DNA of 63,758 nt, the filler included, from Bigelowiella natans CCMP2755 (taxonomy: Eukaryota > Protista > Cercozoa), in NCBI GenBank assembly GCA_000320545.1. It is 6 parts of 6 records of this genome, joined end to end, with 100 filler letters (N's around TTAATTAATTAA, not from the genome) between each part and the next. Parts side by side here need not be neighbours in the genome. Positions count along the whole stretch, not along the records: positions 1 to 29,198 come from ADNK01002041.1; 5 more parts are not named here. One strand, 5' to 3'. Positions 1 to 11,846 of this stretch are shown in pieces. Position numbers and translations under genes: made by a program. Within the stretch, counting starts at the first letter, position 1. The number at the start of each line of letters is the position of its first letter. The notes below the pieces were generated by a model. That model worked only from the letters and a program-made list of their open reading frames with translations. It searched no databases and was not told the DNA's origin.

Positions 1-1445
1 GGTGCCTGTGGAAGGTGTTCCTCCTCCTTCCTTAGCGTCCGTATCGCCCTTCCTTTCCTGTTTCTGCTCGTGCCCTTGCACGGCCTGCGAGCCAAAGTCC
101 TGCTGTTCCTTCTAGCTGCTGTGACATTGTTAGTCAAATCGTTTCCCGTGTGTGGAAGCCAAAGGTTGTTGCGCGTAAGGTGTTCACAGGCCGAGGCGCT
201 ACGTGCACAAGTAGGCAGGGGGGGGGAAAGGCACGTTTGCTTCCTTTTGAAGAGTTGTGTTTATTTTTATTAAAGATTATATTTTTATTAAATCGTGCAC
301 TGCGTAATCATTCGCGAAGCTTTCGCGAATGCCGCCGCACGTGGGGCAGCACACTTCCGGTGTGCTGCCATGAGTCCCGCCGGAACCCACGTGCCTATGC
401 TGTATTAATATCTACGTTATCTATATTCTATATCCGCGACAACCCCTTTGTTGTCGCACGTGACTTGTGCCCGCGTAGTGGTACGCGCTACACGCTGATG
501 ATTTTTTTGGCCCACTACTAGGCAGAGGCAGCAAACGCCACGTGTTTTAATTTTCATGCAACGTGTGGGGTCATGTACGAGCCGAAGACGTACAGTGTCA
601 ATGATGGACTCAATGACACATGCGAGTCCTGTGTGTGCAACATGCATTGACAAATGAACATGTTCACACATCGGTACTGTACATCTAGGCGCCGCACAGC
701 GCCAACCCCCGCACACATGTGACGATGCGACGAGCTGGGATGAATCTATGAAGCTCTTCTCGTGCGCAGTAGCACGGTAGTCTAGTGCAGCATTAGCACG
801 CAAAATGCTACAATGAATGATGGGTCTGACATGATCTGTTTTGATGCATGCCACAAGGAATCATGCGAACACGTACAGAAGTTTACGCACCTCCAACGCG
901 TCATAGCCATTGCAACCCTCGATGCAATTGCCCTAGCTGTGTAGACCTAACTGTCCAATTCTGGCGATGCGTGATGAGTGGAACGAGGAATACATACATG
1001 TCGGTACCGGGTACGTAGCTATTAGCTCGGTGCATCAACAATAAATAAAATGACGAAGAAGACGAGCGATGTCGTGTTTATTTCTTCCCGCCTCAATTTC
1101 TCGCCATCTTTCATCTGACGTGCATCTCCATTCTTCATTGCGCAGAAGCGCACGCTCTTGACATGCTGCGGCATGCTGCCTTGAATGGTGATGAAGTAAT
1201 TGTTAATGAAAATTATTTTGACCACGTACTTATGGCAACGAGTTTAAAATTTGATACCGCGTGCATAATCGATGGTTGCTTAAAGTTACAATCATTATGC
1301 GCAACTTTCGGTTTGCGCGATTTAAACATGCACTAACTTTTCTAGCTTTCTAGAGTTCTTTGGTCGCTAGTGAGCACGTATCTGTACATTTTAAAAGTAT
1401 GATCTCGGGGAACTGGCCAAGATCTAACTTGTGGATAAGTTTGAA

Positions 1446-2639
1446 TCACGTCCTAGATACTGGAGCTTTAGCAGAACTTTCATCAAAAAGCATTCCTACG
1501 CGACTTTTGGAGAGATTTTCCTCAGCTGGGGATTGGCTTTCATCAACAAGCATTCCAAAGATGGGACTCTCTAGTGCTGCACTAGTTTTGGAACGGTTCT
1601 TCTTCTGAACCTGGCTGTCAGACGCATAGCCAAACGTGGCTTCACGATGATTACATCCAGCGCCCCGCTTTCTTTTCTTATTTGCACTCTTCCTCCCTAG
1701 GTTGCATTTTGACTCTCGTCTATTTTTCCTTTTGATGTCTCCTATCGCTACCAGGATGGTGGAATCTCTTTCATTAAGGGCAACCTTTTTGTCACTAGCT
1801 TTTGAAGGTTTTGATTTCGACTTTGACTTCACGACTTTCTTCAAAGCTCGATTGCCCCTTGGTTTACTCTCGGATGTCAACAGGGCTGAATTCGGTTTTG
1901 TCGGTTTGTGCTCGGGAGTCAAAGCTTCACTTTTGAACATTCCTTCAACATGTTCTTTCTCGCTCCTGGCCAAGTGCTCTAACAATCTCCGCGGTGTACG
2001 AAATATGTACGCCATTCCTTTGTAATAGAGGTTCACTGCAAGTTTGTAAAGGCGTGCCTGCTTTCCCCTCCCGACTGGGTCGCCTCTTTGCGCAAGTTGT
2101 TTGAATCTATCGAAAGCTTTCTGAACAGTATCATCACTGCTCTCGAGCAAGTTACAAATTGCAGCCACGTCTCTCTCGGTCATGGAAATTAGATCTGGAG
2201 GCCATGACACGTGCTTCTTCCTTTCTGCTTTTCCTTTCTGGAGTATACCTTTAACAGCTCTCCTTGAGTTGTTGCAGACAACTACATCGTAGCTAACAAA
2301 TGGATCAGATGAAACAATCCATCTGCCCTTACCACTCATAACCTCCCATTGCATTTCCGAATTATGATTCTTGGCCGAGCACTCATAACCGCTTCTGCTC
2401 GATTTTCCACATTCGAGTGAATGGACAGCCCAGTGGGCCCTTTGGCATTGGCCGTTGCAGTAAGCAACTTCTTTGCATCCGCCACATGTCCAAAGATTTC
2501 CCATCTTGCCACAAAAGGCACACACTTCGGCGCCGATTCCTTCTCCTCTACTCTCCACCCGTGGTTCCCCTCCCCCCTCCTCCCCGCAAACCGCCTTCGA
2601 TTTGCGAACATCGCTCTTGATTGGACAAACATGATTCAT
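1446..2639 (-). CDS. MYND-type zinc finger protein, apparently intronless, with basic low-complexity C-terminus
   Basis: 397-aa ORF with CAFC..CGGC..YCNGQCQRAHWAVHSLEC, which fits the zf-MYND consensus. Confidence 0.8.
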   Translation of the reverse strand: MNHVCPIKSDVRKSKAVCGEEGGGEPRVESRGEGIGAEVCAFCGKMGNLWTCGGCKEVAYCNGQCQRAHWAVHSLECGKSSRSGYECSAKNHNSEMQWEVMSGKGRWIVSSDPFVSYDVVVCNNSRRAVKGILQKGKAERKKHVSWPPDLISMTERDVAAICNLLESSDDTVQKAFDRFKQLAQRGDPVGRGKQARLYKLAVNLYYKGMAYIFRTPRRLLEHLARSEKEHVEGMFKSEALTPEHKPTKPNSALLTSESKPRGNRALKKVVKSKSKSKPSKASDKKVALNERDSTILVAIGDIKRKNRRESKCNLGRKSANKKRKRGAGCNHREATFGYASDSQVQKKNRSKTSAALESPIFGMLVDESQSPAEENLSKSRVGMLFDESSAKAPVSRT

Positions 2640-3123
2640 TCTCTGCTTTTAGGTGCTAATCTAGCAGTGGGGAATGAAGGTCCTTTCGGTTTTGTCTTCT
2701 TCTCCTCCTCCGCTTTTGTTGGTGTATGCTCGTCACTCTGGTTCCTGGGTTCTAGCGATACTTTCAGGAATCTTCTCAGATCCCGTGTGTAGCATGCCAA
2801 TTATCACGAAAACACTATTTTATTTGATGTCGCACTGCGAAATCACACGGCGATGCTGCATCGGGAAAGGCTTCCTGCGCCATCGGGAGGAGGGGCCCTT
2901 CTCGCGTGCAGCGACAAGGACTTCGCGCACCCCAAGCCCGGTAGCGAAGGTTCTGGGAAAACTCGAGGTCCGAGGAGGTGAAAAGAAAAGCGAAGGGCGA
3001 ATTTCGGCTGTTCCTCTGCCAAATCGTTGTCGTCGTCGTCGAGTCAGTCGTCCGCTGACATCAAATTCCACTTGGCTGGTGGCCCGTGGCAGTTGTTCCA
3101 GCCACCCCCTTCCCAACGGACGC

Positions 3124-3693
3124 ATGCCTGGCAGGGCACTCCTCAGAACGGCAGTGTCTATGGCCATGGTAACGGTGTTGCTGCTGAAAGATGCCCTTTT
3201 TTTCTCGTGTGAGCTCTCTCTCCCTCCCTTTTCATCTAGTTGCTCTGGCTGGCTGCGGGTCGAACCCCCTCGACTGGGGTCGTTCCCAAATCCGTCTCGG
3301 GTCTTCGCTCACGTCTATTTCGAAGCTGTAATCGGAATGCACATATAGCTCGGGCTGCACAGTTCATTACATCCAGAAGGAATTCTGGAGACAGACGAGC
3401 CTTCTTAAGTGGGGGGGGAGACTTTGGTGGCGACCTCGTCGGATTAAAGACGACTGGTCGGAACGTGAATGTTGCAGCTGATATTGAACCTCAAGAACCT
3501 CCTGTAGAGAAGCACAAAGGTGTCAGAACCTTTTTGGAAGAAGGTATATACGCGTATATTTATACTTCCCTGTCTCACCTTAAAGGATTGCACACAGGAT
3601 GGACAATCCTCGTGGGGAAGAACGCCGAGGATAACGACCGCCTCAGCACGAAGATTGGCAATGTAGGAAATAGCTCCAGCGATAGTATATGTT

Positions 3694-3761
<68 letters not shown>

Positions 3762-4267
3762 AATATTATATAAAGTTGATAATCTTTTTTTAAAAAAAAC
3801 AGGCTGATGATTTCTGGTTTCATGTGGCTGGCGTACCTGGATCGCACGTTGTTGTTCGCAACCCATACAACTATGCCGACCTTCCTCGAAATGTTAAGCC
3901 CAATATAACTTTGCGTGATATAGATATACCGAATGAAATCCCGATGAATCAGGTAAAAAATGTTGCTGCTGGGCTAGCAGCATGGTATAGCAAAGCAAAG
4001 AATGCCGGAAAGGCGAGCGTGCACTACACGACGTGTAGATATGTTAAGAAAATTCCCGGTTCTCCAGCCGGACAGGTGTGTAAGATGAATACGTGTAAAG
4101 TGGAAGCATAAAAACCTGCAGCCTGGTTATCAACCTTACGTATTTTATTTCAGGTGTTGCTAGGCAAATATAAAGCAATATCGGTTGGACCTTTGAATCC
4201 TGAAAGTGTTACGTCTGCCACGGCTACGAATCCAACGCAGAAGAAGAAATCGAAAACTTTGAAATAA
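3124..4267 (+). CDS. Stand-alone NFACT RNA-binding domain (DUF814) protein with N-terminal hydrophobic leader; multi-exon
   Basis: Spliced peptide GWTILVGKNAEDNDRLS..DDFWFHVAGVPGSHVVVR..AAGLAAWYSKAK..VHYTTCRYVKKIPGSPAGQV is the NFACT-R signature; stop TAA at 4265-4267; start tentative. Confidence 0.8.
3700..3757. repeat. (TA)n intronic microsatellite
   Basis: Direct reading. Confidence 0.95.
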
Positions 4268-5234
4268 TCACTGTCACTACAAGATGCTATATGCCAAAAT
4301 TTTGTTTAATTTATGATAAATCGAACCGGCTCTCTCGACGCAGTTTGTGCTGTGCGAATCGTAGAAAACAGTGCATACGCAGCCTTCAGAATTAAGCAAC
4401 ACCGAAAGAAAGACACGTGCAAGTATATATGCGGATACATTTCTAGATATGCGTGACAGTGCCCGTGTGGTAGCTCTAGAGCTGGCGGGCGAGCAAAGCT
4501 CGTGAACGATCAAGGGGTTGATGAATATATGAATGTTTGCTATATACCCTATCGCCATATAAAGCAGCTACCGCTATATATATGCTTGTACATGTACTTG
4601 AGCGTACGGCATGCTCGGGACTCGGTTTGCATATTATTAGCGCACACGCATCGCACTTCCCCCATACAGCAATATTTTATAATTTCCATACAACTTGCAG
4701 CGCTGTAGCGCGTGACAGAATAAAACTAATACGTACAATCCATGCTACTACGCTCGAGGACTGTTGAAAGCAATGAGGATCGAAGCCAGCCGAAAGGTCG
4801 GTCGGTCGTATAGTCGATCTCAGAATTCATTGATAGGTTGAAAACTAGCCTAGTTAGCATATATGCAAGATGTTGCACGATCTAGCGATGTCTACATGCA
4901 ACTTGAGATCCGTCGATCAGCGACGCACTTCCATCGTATATTACTGCAGCGCTTGCTTGCATGCAGCTAAGCACATTTTGCCGCTAATTCTAATGGGACT
5001 TCTCTATAAACATTGAGTATGCAACGCTTGAAATAATAAATCGATATTCTTTGGTAACTTTGCAAGATATATTCTGTAAAAATCTACAAATATCCACATC
5101 AGATGACGCTGGCGAATAGTCTGCCTCTGCTTAAGAAACTATGAAAAGAATTTTACACTACACTGCGTGACATTTACTGCTATCTTTGCTGGATTAACGA
5201 TAATTAAAATAATTTATAGAGCAGCGAGCCACTG

Positions 5235-6610
5235 CTAGGTTTTCGAGCCGGGAGCCACAAATTTAAAGTAGAATATCACACAAATCACGAAAATCTGCAA
5301 TTAACAAAAGGTGAAATTAGGATTTGATTCGAATTGTCTTTGCGAGTGCAGATACCTCCAAAAGAATTATGAGTGCAGTGGTAAGCTTGTTTGTTGTTGC
5401 CGCTCTTGCCATTCCATCAAGCACTCGTTTCGATTCCTTTAGAACCTCTCCAGTGTCCAAAACCTGGACAAAAGCCTCCTCTTTAATCTATTTCTTATTG
5501 CCATTGTCCCCTCCCCCCTTTTTTCCCCTGGGAGTGCGAAAATCGAGCTCGTTCAATATGTTCACGGTTCTCTTACCCTGTCTACTGTTCTCTTTAGTTG
5601 TTCGCTTTGGCCTTTCAGATCACTCATAATGACGCCTCCTACAAGTTAGGCGAGGATGATCATACCTTGACTTAACATTATTTGAACACAAGCAGCACCT
5701 GTTTCTGTTGTTTCATTGAGACGTCTGATCCCTGCTTCCATGGCGCTTGTGTTGCCCGCCATAAGTTTGTTTTCCACTATCAGCCTTGGCATACGGGATT
5801 CAAAGAAAAAAAACTATCATTGATTGTCACTTTTTTGACTGCCTTTCTTGTTCTTATTTCCACCCCCTCCTTCTCTTTAAGCATTTTTTTTTGTCCTTCT
5901 CATTTTATAACCCTTGGCGCTCCTCGTCAGCCTCATTTGTATAGCGAACTAGTTCCTCCCTACACATCAACTAAGAAACCGTATCAGCAAAGAAGAATAT
6001 TTTAATAAACGGTGGATCAGCAGCATTTGCACACGACGACGCTGTACCCTAGTATACTGTTCCTCAAATCGCTCGAAATCCTTTGCACAGAGCCGCATGG
6101 AGCTGAGAAGGGGGGGGGCATTGAGTATTGCAGGTCAGCACTAGAAAGGCTGAGTTCGATCTGGAAAAAGAAGACCGTGCATAGCGTGATGCGTTCGGAG
6201 TTTCATGGGCCTCTTCTTCTATCTTTTCCATCAACTCTTTTGCAGACGCGTAAAGGTCCGCTAGATGGCGTACATTTTCCTTCAGCTCGCCTGAAAATGA
6301 ATGGAGAGGTTGGGGGGGGAAAGGGGCAGGGAAGGTATTTTAGGTTCCATACCCCTCATCAAAAGGAGGAGAATGAGTGATGAGTACCTGTTGCAACATG
6401 TGGGATGATATTCATCTTCCTTCTGCCTTGGCTGACCACTCCTTGGAACGTGGCGATGAGCTATGATTAAGTAATCGATGATAAGGTAAACATCTGCACG
6501 ATATTCGTTGCCGTCTCTCCGTTCAAGCAGACACCTCCATCACAGCGAACATCTTGAGTGCGTTAATTAGATGAACATACCTCGTCAATAGGATCCGAGT
6601 TCTCGTCCAT
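5235..6610 (-). CDS. VTI1: Qb-SNARE of the VTI1 family; multi-exon; absent from the ORF track
   Basis: Spliced: MDENSDPIDE|LIATFQGVVSQGRRKM..ELKENVRHLADLYASAKELMEKIEEEA..TTETGGVIMSDLKGQSEQLKRTVDR|VLDTGEVLKESKRVLDGMARAATTNKLTTALIILLE|IFVICVIFYFKFVAPGSKT*; SNARE motif and C-terminal TM resemble VTI1 (TTNKL..IILLE); two central exons less certain. Confidence 0.85.
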
Positions 6611-7118
6611 GCTACAAGAAATAAGTAAAGCCGGTGATTAGACGTAGGCATTGTTTTGCTATCGCTGCTCCTCAGATTAATGGATCCACAGAAACTGGTA
6701 ACATGGCTTAGATGTGGATACAGGGGCGGGGTACAAACCTATCATCCATCTCGCCGCCTCTGAGCGGGTCCATCCGGCTCATCGCCACAAGCGTTCTCTC
6801 TAGCGGAATCTCGACATAAAAATTCCTCGGCTCTTGACGGAAAATATCCTATATTTTATTTCTACGACAAAAATGATTTCATGTCGCAACATAATATCAC
6901 CATTGATTGCCTTCATCGTGGAATTATAGCCTTAAAACCAAAACTCGCGGAGATGATCTTTTAGAATAGAATACTGGGATATTATATCGATTTTAAGATA
7001 CATTTATGCTTCGAGGTATGACTTAAAACTATTAGCATCAACCGATTAGTCCAGTCCCATGAGCGGATCTTCATACCAGAAACATCTACGTAAAGTTTGG
7101 ATATGTCGGAGAGATAAA

Positions 7119-8786
7119 ATGCCCAGACGGTTCTGTTTTCGTTGTCGCAACGTAAGGACACAGGGAGATTCCCATTTTCGTCGGCCGCCTACCCGAAAAC
7201 CCAACCTCACCCCCTGCTACCTCGGAACACGCCACTGTGCTGTTTATGCTCGTTGCCGTCGTTGGACTTCTTAGTTTGACGGGGTCAACTTCATTACGCA
7301 CACATTCGGGGACAGTCTCGACGTCCGGGCGAACCCATCGCTTTCGAGCTTTGAATTTCAAAAGCCACTTGAGGGGGGCCATGCAGCAGCTGCCCATCGG
7401 AGCGGCCAAAAGCAAGGCTTCGAAAACGAGGAAGAGGGAGTCGACCGACGTTGCCTTTGTAAAAAGGTGAGTGCAGTCATTAGGGGGAGTATCTAGTGAG
7501 GGGTATAGATCATGGGGTCTTTAAGCGATAGTCGGAAAGTTCCCTTATTGGTAGTTTCTGAGCGCCGTATTTGGCTTTTGCAGGGTTGTGTTCCTTGGAA
7601 CCTCATCAGGTCTAAACACCGACACCAAAATAAAATTGGCGCCTAGATTCACAACAGACATTCGTAGATTATGATGAACGGACCCAACAGACACGAAATA
7701 ATACCAACAGGAAGGCCGACTCGAGAACGAAACACGTCCGCTGTAGCGTTGCAGTTGAACACGAACAGAGGTTTTGAATCAACGTCGCCCCATCACACGC
7801 CTTCAAAACTAACTTCAATTCATTCCTGGTCTCCTCTTGATACGTATGCTTCATAGCTCTCCTCTTTGACTGCGGCGAGGCAACACAACACCAGCTAATG
7901 CGCTTGAAGGTTTTGCTAAAGCATATCACCATGATGGCAGGCAGTGGATGGTGAATTTATTCGTATCCTTCTAGGGTTTGGGAGCAGGCCAGATCGATCA
8001 AGTGTTTCTGACACACCTGCACGGAGACCACTGCTTCGGCATATTCGGTAGCAGAAATCGTCGTCGTCGACACATAAAAAGTCTTTTTACAGAAGAAGAC
8101 TATACATAAAGAAGTCTCTCTTTACAAAAAGAAGAAGAAGAAGAAGAGAAAATTTAGTAGCGTTTTGTAGTATCAGCAGTGCCATTCTAATCTGCTTTTG
8201 CTGGCAGGGTTTCTAAGCTCCATCGCATTGGGAGGAGTCCGTTCTGAAAAAGTTCATTTGGTACGCGATTTCCTCGATTCAGACAAGCACGAGGGCTCCC
8301 GATCACTCGCGACTAAGTGTTTGTTGCATTATTTTACGTCACAACAGCACGGCCCGGCCGGAACGCGGAAGCTGCTGCAGACGATCGCAGATTTGACGGT
8401 TATTGGAATGCATTTCGTAACGCGAGCATAAAATGCTTTTGCGGTGTTAGGAAAATGGTGTGTTTTTTTGTACTATCCACCGGAACCAAAGCCACGAGAA
8501 AGTAGTCATTTTCCTTTTCCGAAAAAAATGCATCGTATTCTGGCAGGCGTCAGATTTCAGTCACGTGTGCATCCACGAGTTTCCGTCCTACAAGCTGGAG
8601 GAAGGGGAAGAGGGGGGGGATGTAAAGCGAGCGAACTCTCCTAACCAGGAAGGCGATAGCAAGGCCAGCGGGCATCGGCAGTGTCTAGTGGAACCGATCG
8701 ATTGTGGAGGAGGTTTTTTTTAAAGGAAAAAAACTTTTGTCTCTTCACTAGAATTCTTCCTGACTTGAAGATGATGATGATGATGA

Positions 8787-8825
<39 letters not shown>

Positions 8826-10208
8826 TTATTATTCATACGCTCGCACGCATAAGAAGTAGCTGTTTTTCCATGCAGGCATCCAGGTCATTCCACGTCGGAT
8901 AAAGCACGTTAAGGTGCAGATTGCAGCGTAGCAGATGGAGCAGGGGGTGCATGCATGTGAATCGCAAGCGGAGAGGGAAGAATACGGTGTCTACCACTAT
9001 TTTGCAGGAGCTGGAGACGTGGGGATATATCGTGCAAGAGGCTTCTCATCCTGGAAAGCTTGATGCGAGCAAAGGTTGCATGCAGCTTCCGGATCTCTCT
9101 TATCCTCTATCTCAATTCTTCGATTCAATTCTCATTCCGACCCCGTATTTTTCCTTCGACGTGTAGCGATGAAACTGGGAGCTAGAGGCAAACAGCTGGG
9201 CGCGCTGAAGGCTGGGTTGGACGTTTTGGTAGCCATCCTCTGCTGCTGCTCCGGAAATATCTGAATTTTTTAAAAAAAAGAACTCGTTTCCACGAAGCCT
9301 TTCATTTTGATCCGAGAACTCCCAACGATGCTCGTTCTGCGACGTAGCGCTTTGGCCAACAGAATGAGTGAAAGCTGTCTTCGCAAGCCCGATGCCTTTC
9401 GTGCGCAGTTTCAGATTCTTTGTCATTGATGCCACGCCGCTTCGCGCACGCACTGGTCGCTGCGTTTCCATTGTTTCGTCTCCACTGTACCATCCGCCCT
9501 TGCATTGTAACATGCTTTCAGGACGAAGACGGGAAAGTCATGATCCGAGCTGCAGATGTGGTCGCCTCACCGACAGAAGGCGCCAAAGTAAGCCTAATGT
9601 GGGACACGTTCGATGCAACCAACGCGAAGGAGGCCAGTATGGGATGCATGCTCTTAGTCCACGAATCGACGTTTCGGAGCAGGTTCGAGCCTGAAAGAAC
9701 AAATCCCTCCCGCATCAGCTCTCGAATAGTTTTTTTTTTTTTTTGCTCTGCTGCGATTTTTTGCCTTTCCTTTATTGATCTGTGCGAATTTCTTGCAGCG
9801 AGAAGGAGAAGGCACGGCAATGGGGGCACTCAACTGCTGGTACCACGGATAAAAACAAATATTAAAAAAAATCGCTTTTTGATCGACGCTACATGTAGCG
9901 CTCACCCTTATTTTTGAATTTGAAGGAATGGCGGGACGATTTGCTGCGGAGGTACGGATAAGATTGAGTCATAGGCTTCTTGTATCATTCGTAATATTTT
10001 TTCCCACTAAAAGGTGAAGGCCAAAGCACTAGTGCTGACACACATCAGCAGCCGTTATAGCTCTGAGGAGGAGCTTCAGGGCCTTGTAGATGAAGCAAGA
10101 GAAGCAGCCTTGTCCACAGGGAAAGAGAAAGAATTCAACGTACGAATTGCAAGCGACTTCCTAGAATTACATCGCAAGAAACCTGCTGATTGCTTTGAAG
10201 TTGCATAA
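7119..10208 (+). CDS. rnz: Short-form tRNase Z (RNase Z/ELAC1-like) with N-terminal hydrophobic leader; many introns
   Basis: VVFLGTSSG|RPTRERNTS, LLFDCGEATQHQ, THLHGDHCFG (HxHxDH), exosite PGKLDASKAMKLG, VHESTF, GHST, LVLTHISSRY; start uncertain (7119 or 7246). Confidence 0.88.
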
Positions 10209-10603
10209 GCAGTGATTTAATAAAATAAATGATGGTTGAAGCTACGCAAGTAGCGCAATACCATGCAGCATTGTTGTGTATACGGCCATTTCGCAAACAG
10301 CACATGCAAGGTTTGAGCAAACCTGTTATTACTGCGTAGAGTACTATGAAGGATTTGTGCTATACACAGCATGACCATTGAAAAGATTTGACCATTTCAA
10401 TATATCCGTCTCTTACATAGCGCTGCATGCATCTTGAATGGATGCATGCGTTCTGCACAGTACATGTCACATTCTCACGTACGTAGGTGTGCACTTGAGC
10501 AACAAACACGCATAGCCGCAGATTCGCTCCTTCATTGATTATAAAAATAGAAGAGCACTAAGATGCACCATATGTTACAATGCCTCATTCGTTTCTACAC
10601 ACA

Positions 10604-11673
10604 CTACCGGTGGGACATTGGACAGGCACTTGTGACGAAAGTCCCAAGACTTCGTAGGTGCCGAACCGGATCTCTGAAGTGAAGGTCAATATCAAGCGTT
10701 AGCCTTTTCAAGTTAGAAAGTCTCCGAAGTCCAGAGGGTAGATTGGATATCCGATTTCCATCCAGATGGAGGATTTGCATCTCCTTGAGCTTTCCAAACT
10801 CTGCAGGGATGACTGTGAGAAGGTTATCATTAAGCCATAGCTCCTTCAGAGCTGATAGTGCTGTGATTCCTCTTGGAATGGATTTCAACGCGTTGAAATT
10901 AGCATACAATCGTCTCAGACTTTGTAGCTTCTCAATACCAGCTAAAGTCTTAAGGTTGTTATGAGCGATCTTCAACGTTTGGAGCGATTTAAGCCGGGAA
11001 ACTATCGGAGGAATGGAGGTGAAAAGGTTTTCCGATATGTCCAAACACTCAAGCGAGTCTGATAGTTCCGATATGTCCTCGGGAAAGCTCATGAGTTCGT
11101 TCCTTCTTAAGGTCAACTTCCTCAGGTTTTTCATAAGCCCAAAGCCATGGGGGAGGTGATAAAGCTTCTCGCGGCCGAAATTAATCGGCAACGTCGAGTT
11201 ACAGTGAATCTCTTTCACCCATCGTAGCTTTTCAGCTTCGACCCATTCGTGGGTCGCCTGCGCCTCAGCTTCCAGGAATATCACCTTACCCCCCTGGTAC
11301 AATGCACCAAACGCCCCTTCCAAAGCCTTCTTAGCCTCGTAAAGCCAGGAGTCATCGTAGGCGAAAATGAGCTCGAGGATCGGCCCAAAGTTCCTGCTAT
11401 TCAGGCTTCCGGCGATAGCAGCCCCCCTGCTCTGCATAAAATAGTCGTTAGCCTTGCGTCGGCAGCACTTTGGGTCGACCTCCTGGATCCACATTCGAAT
11501 AGGACGGAGAGCGCGACGCAAAAAGTCTCGTGGTGTTTTCGCTCTGAATTCTGGGCCGCCATTCCTACGCTTCCGCTGGCGTCCTGCAAAACAGATGCGG
11601 TTTCGAACGTTGCGACAAGTGTCACTAGGGTTCCCGGAACGTTCTCAGAGGCACCGGGAAACTTCGGCGACAT
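10604..11673 (-). CDS. Leucine-rich repeat protein
   Basis: About 8 LxxLxLxxN repeats in ORF 10604-11521; probable first exon MSPKFPG.. from 11673 and one intron near 11430-11490. Confidence 0.8.
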
Positions 11674-11846
11674 TTCGACGAAAATCTTGGGTTCCGGGAA
11701 CGGACGGAAGCTAAAAAGGGAAACTGCAATGGCCGGTGGTCGGTAACGTCTAACCGTTCTTCTGCCGCACGTAATCTGCAACTGCAGCGGCAGCAGCGGC
11801 GGAGGAGGAGGGGGAAAGGGTTGACCCAGAAGGGGTTTTCACAGAT

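Noticed and set aside
1-1250. Short ORFs at the window start
   Set aside because: No recognisable motifs or consistent splice model
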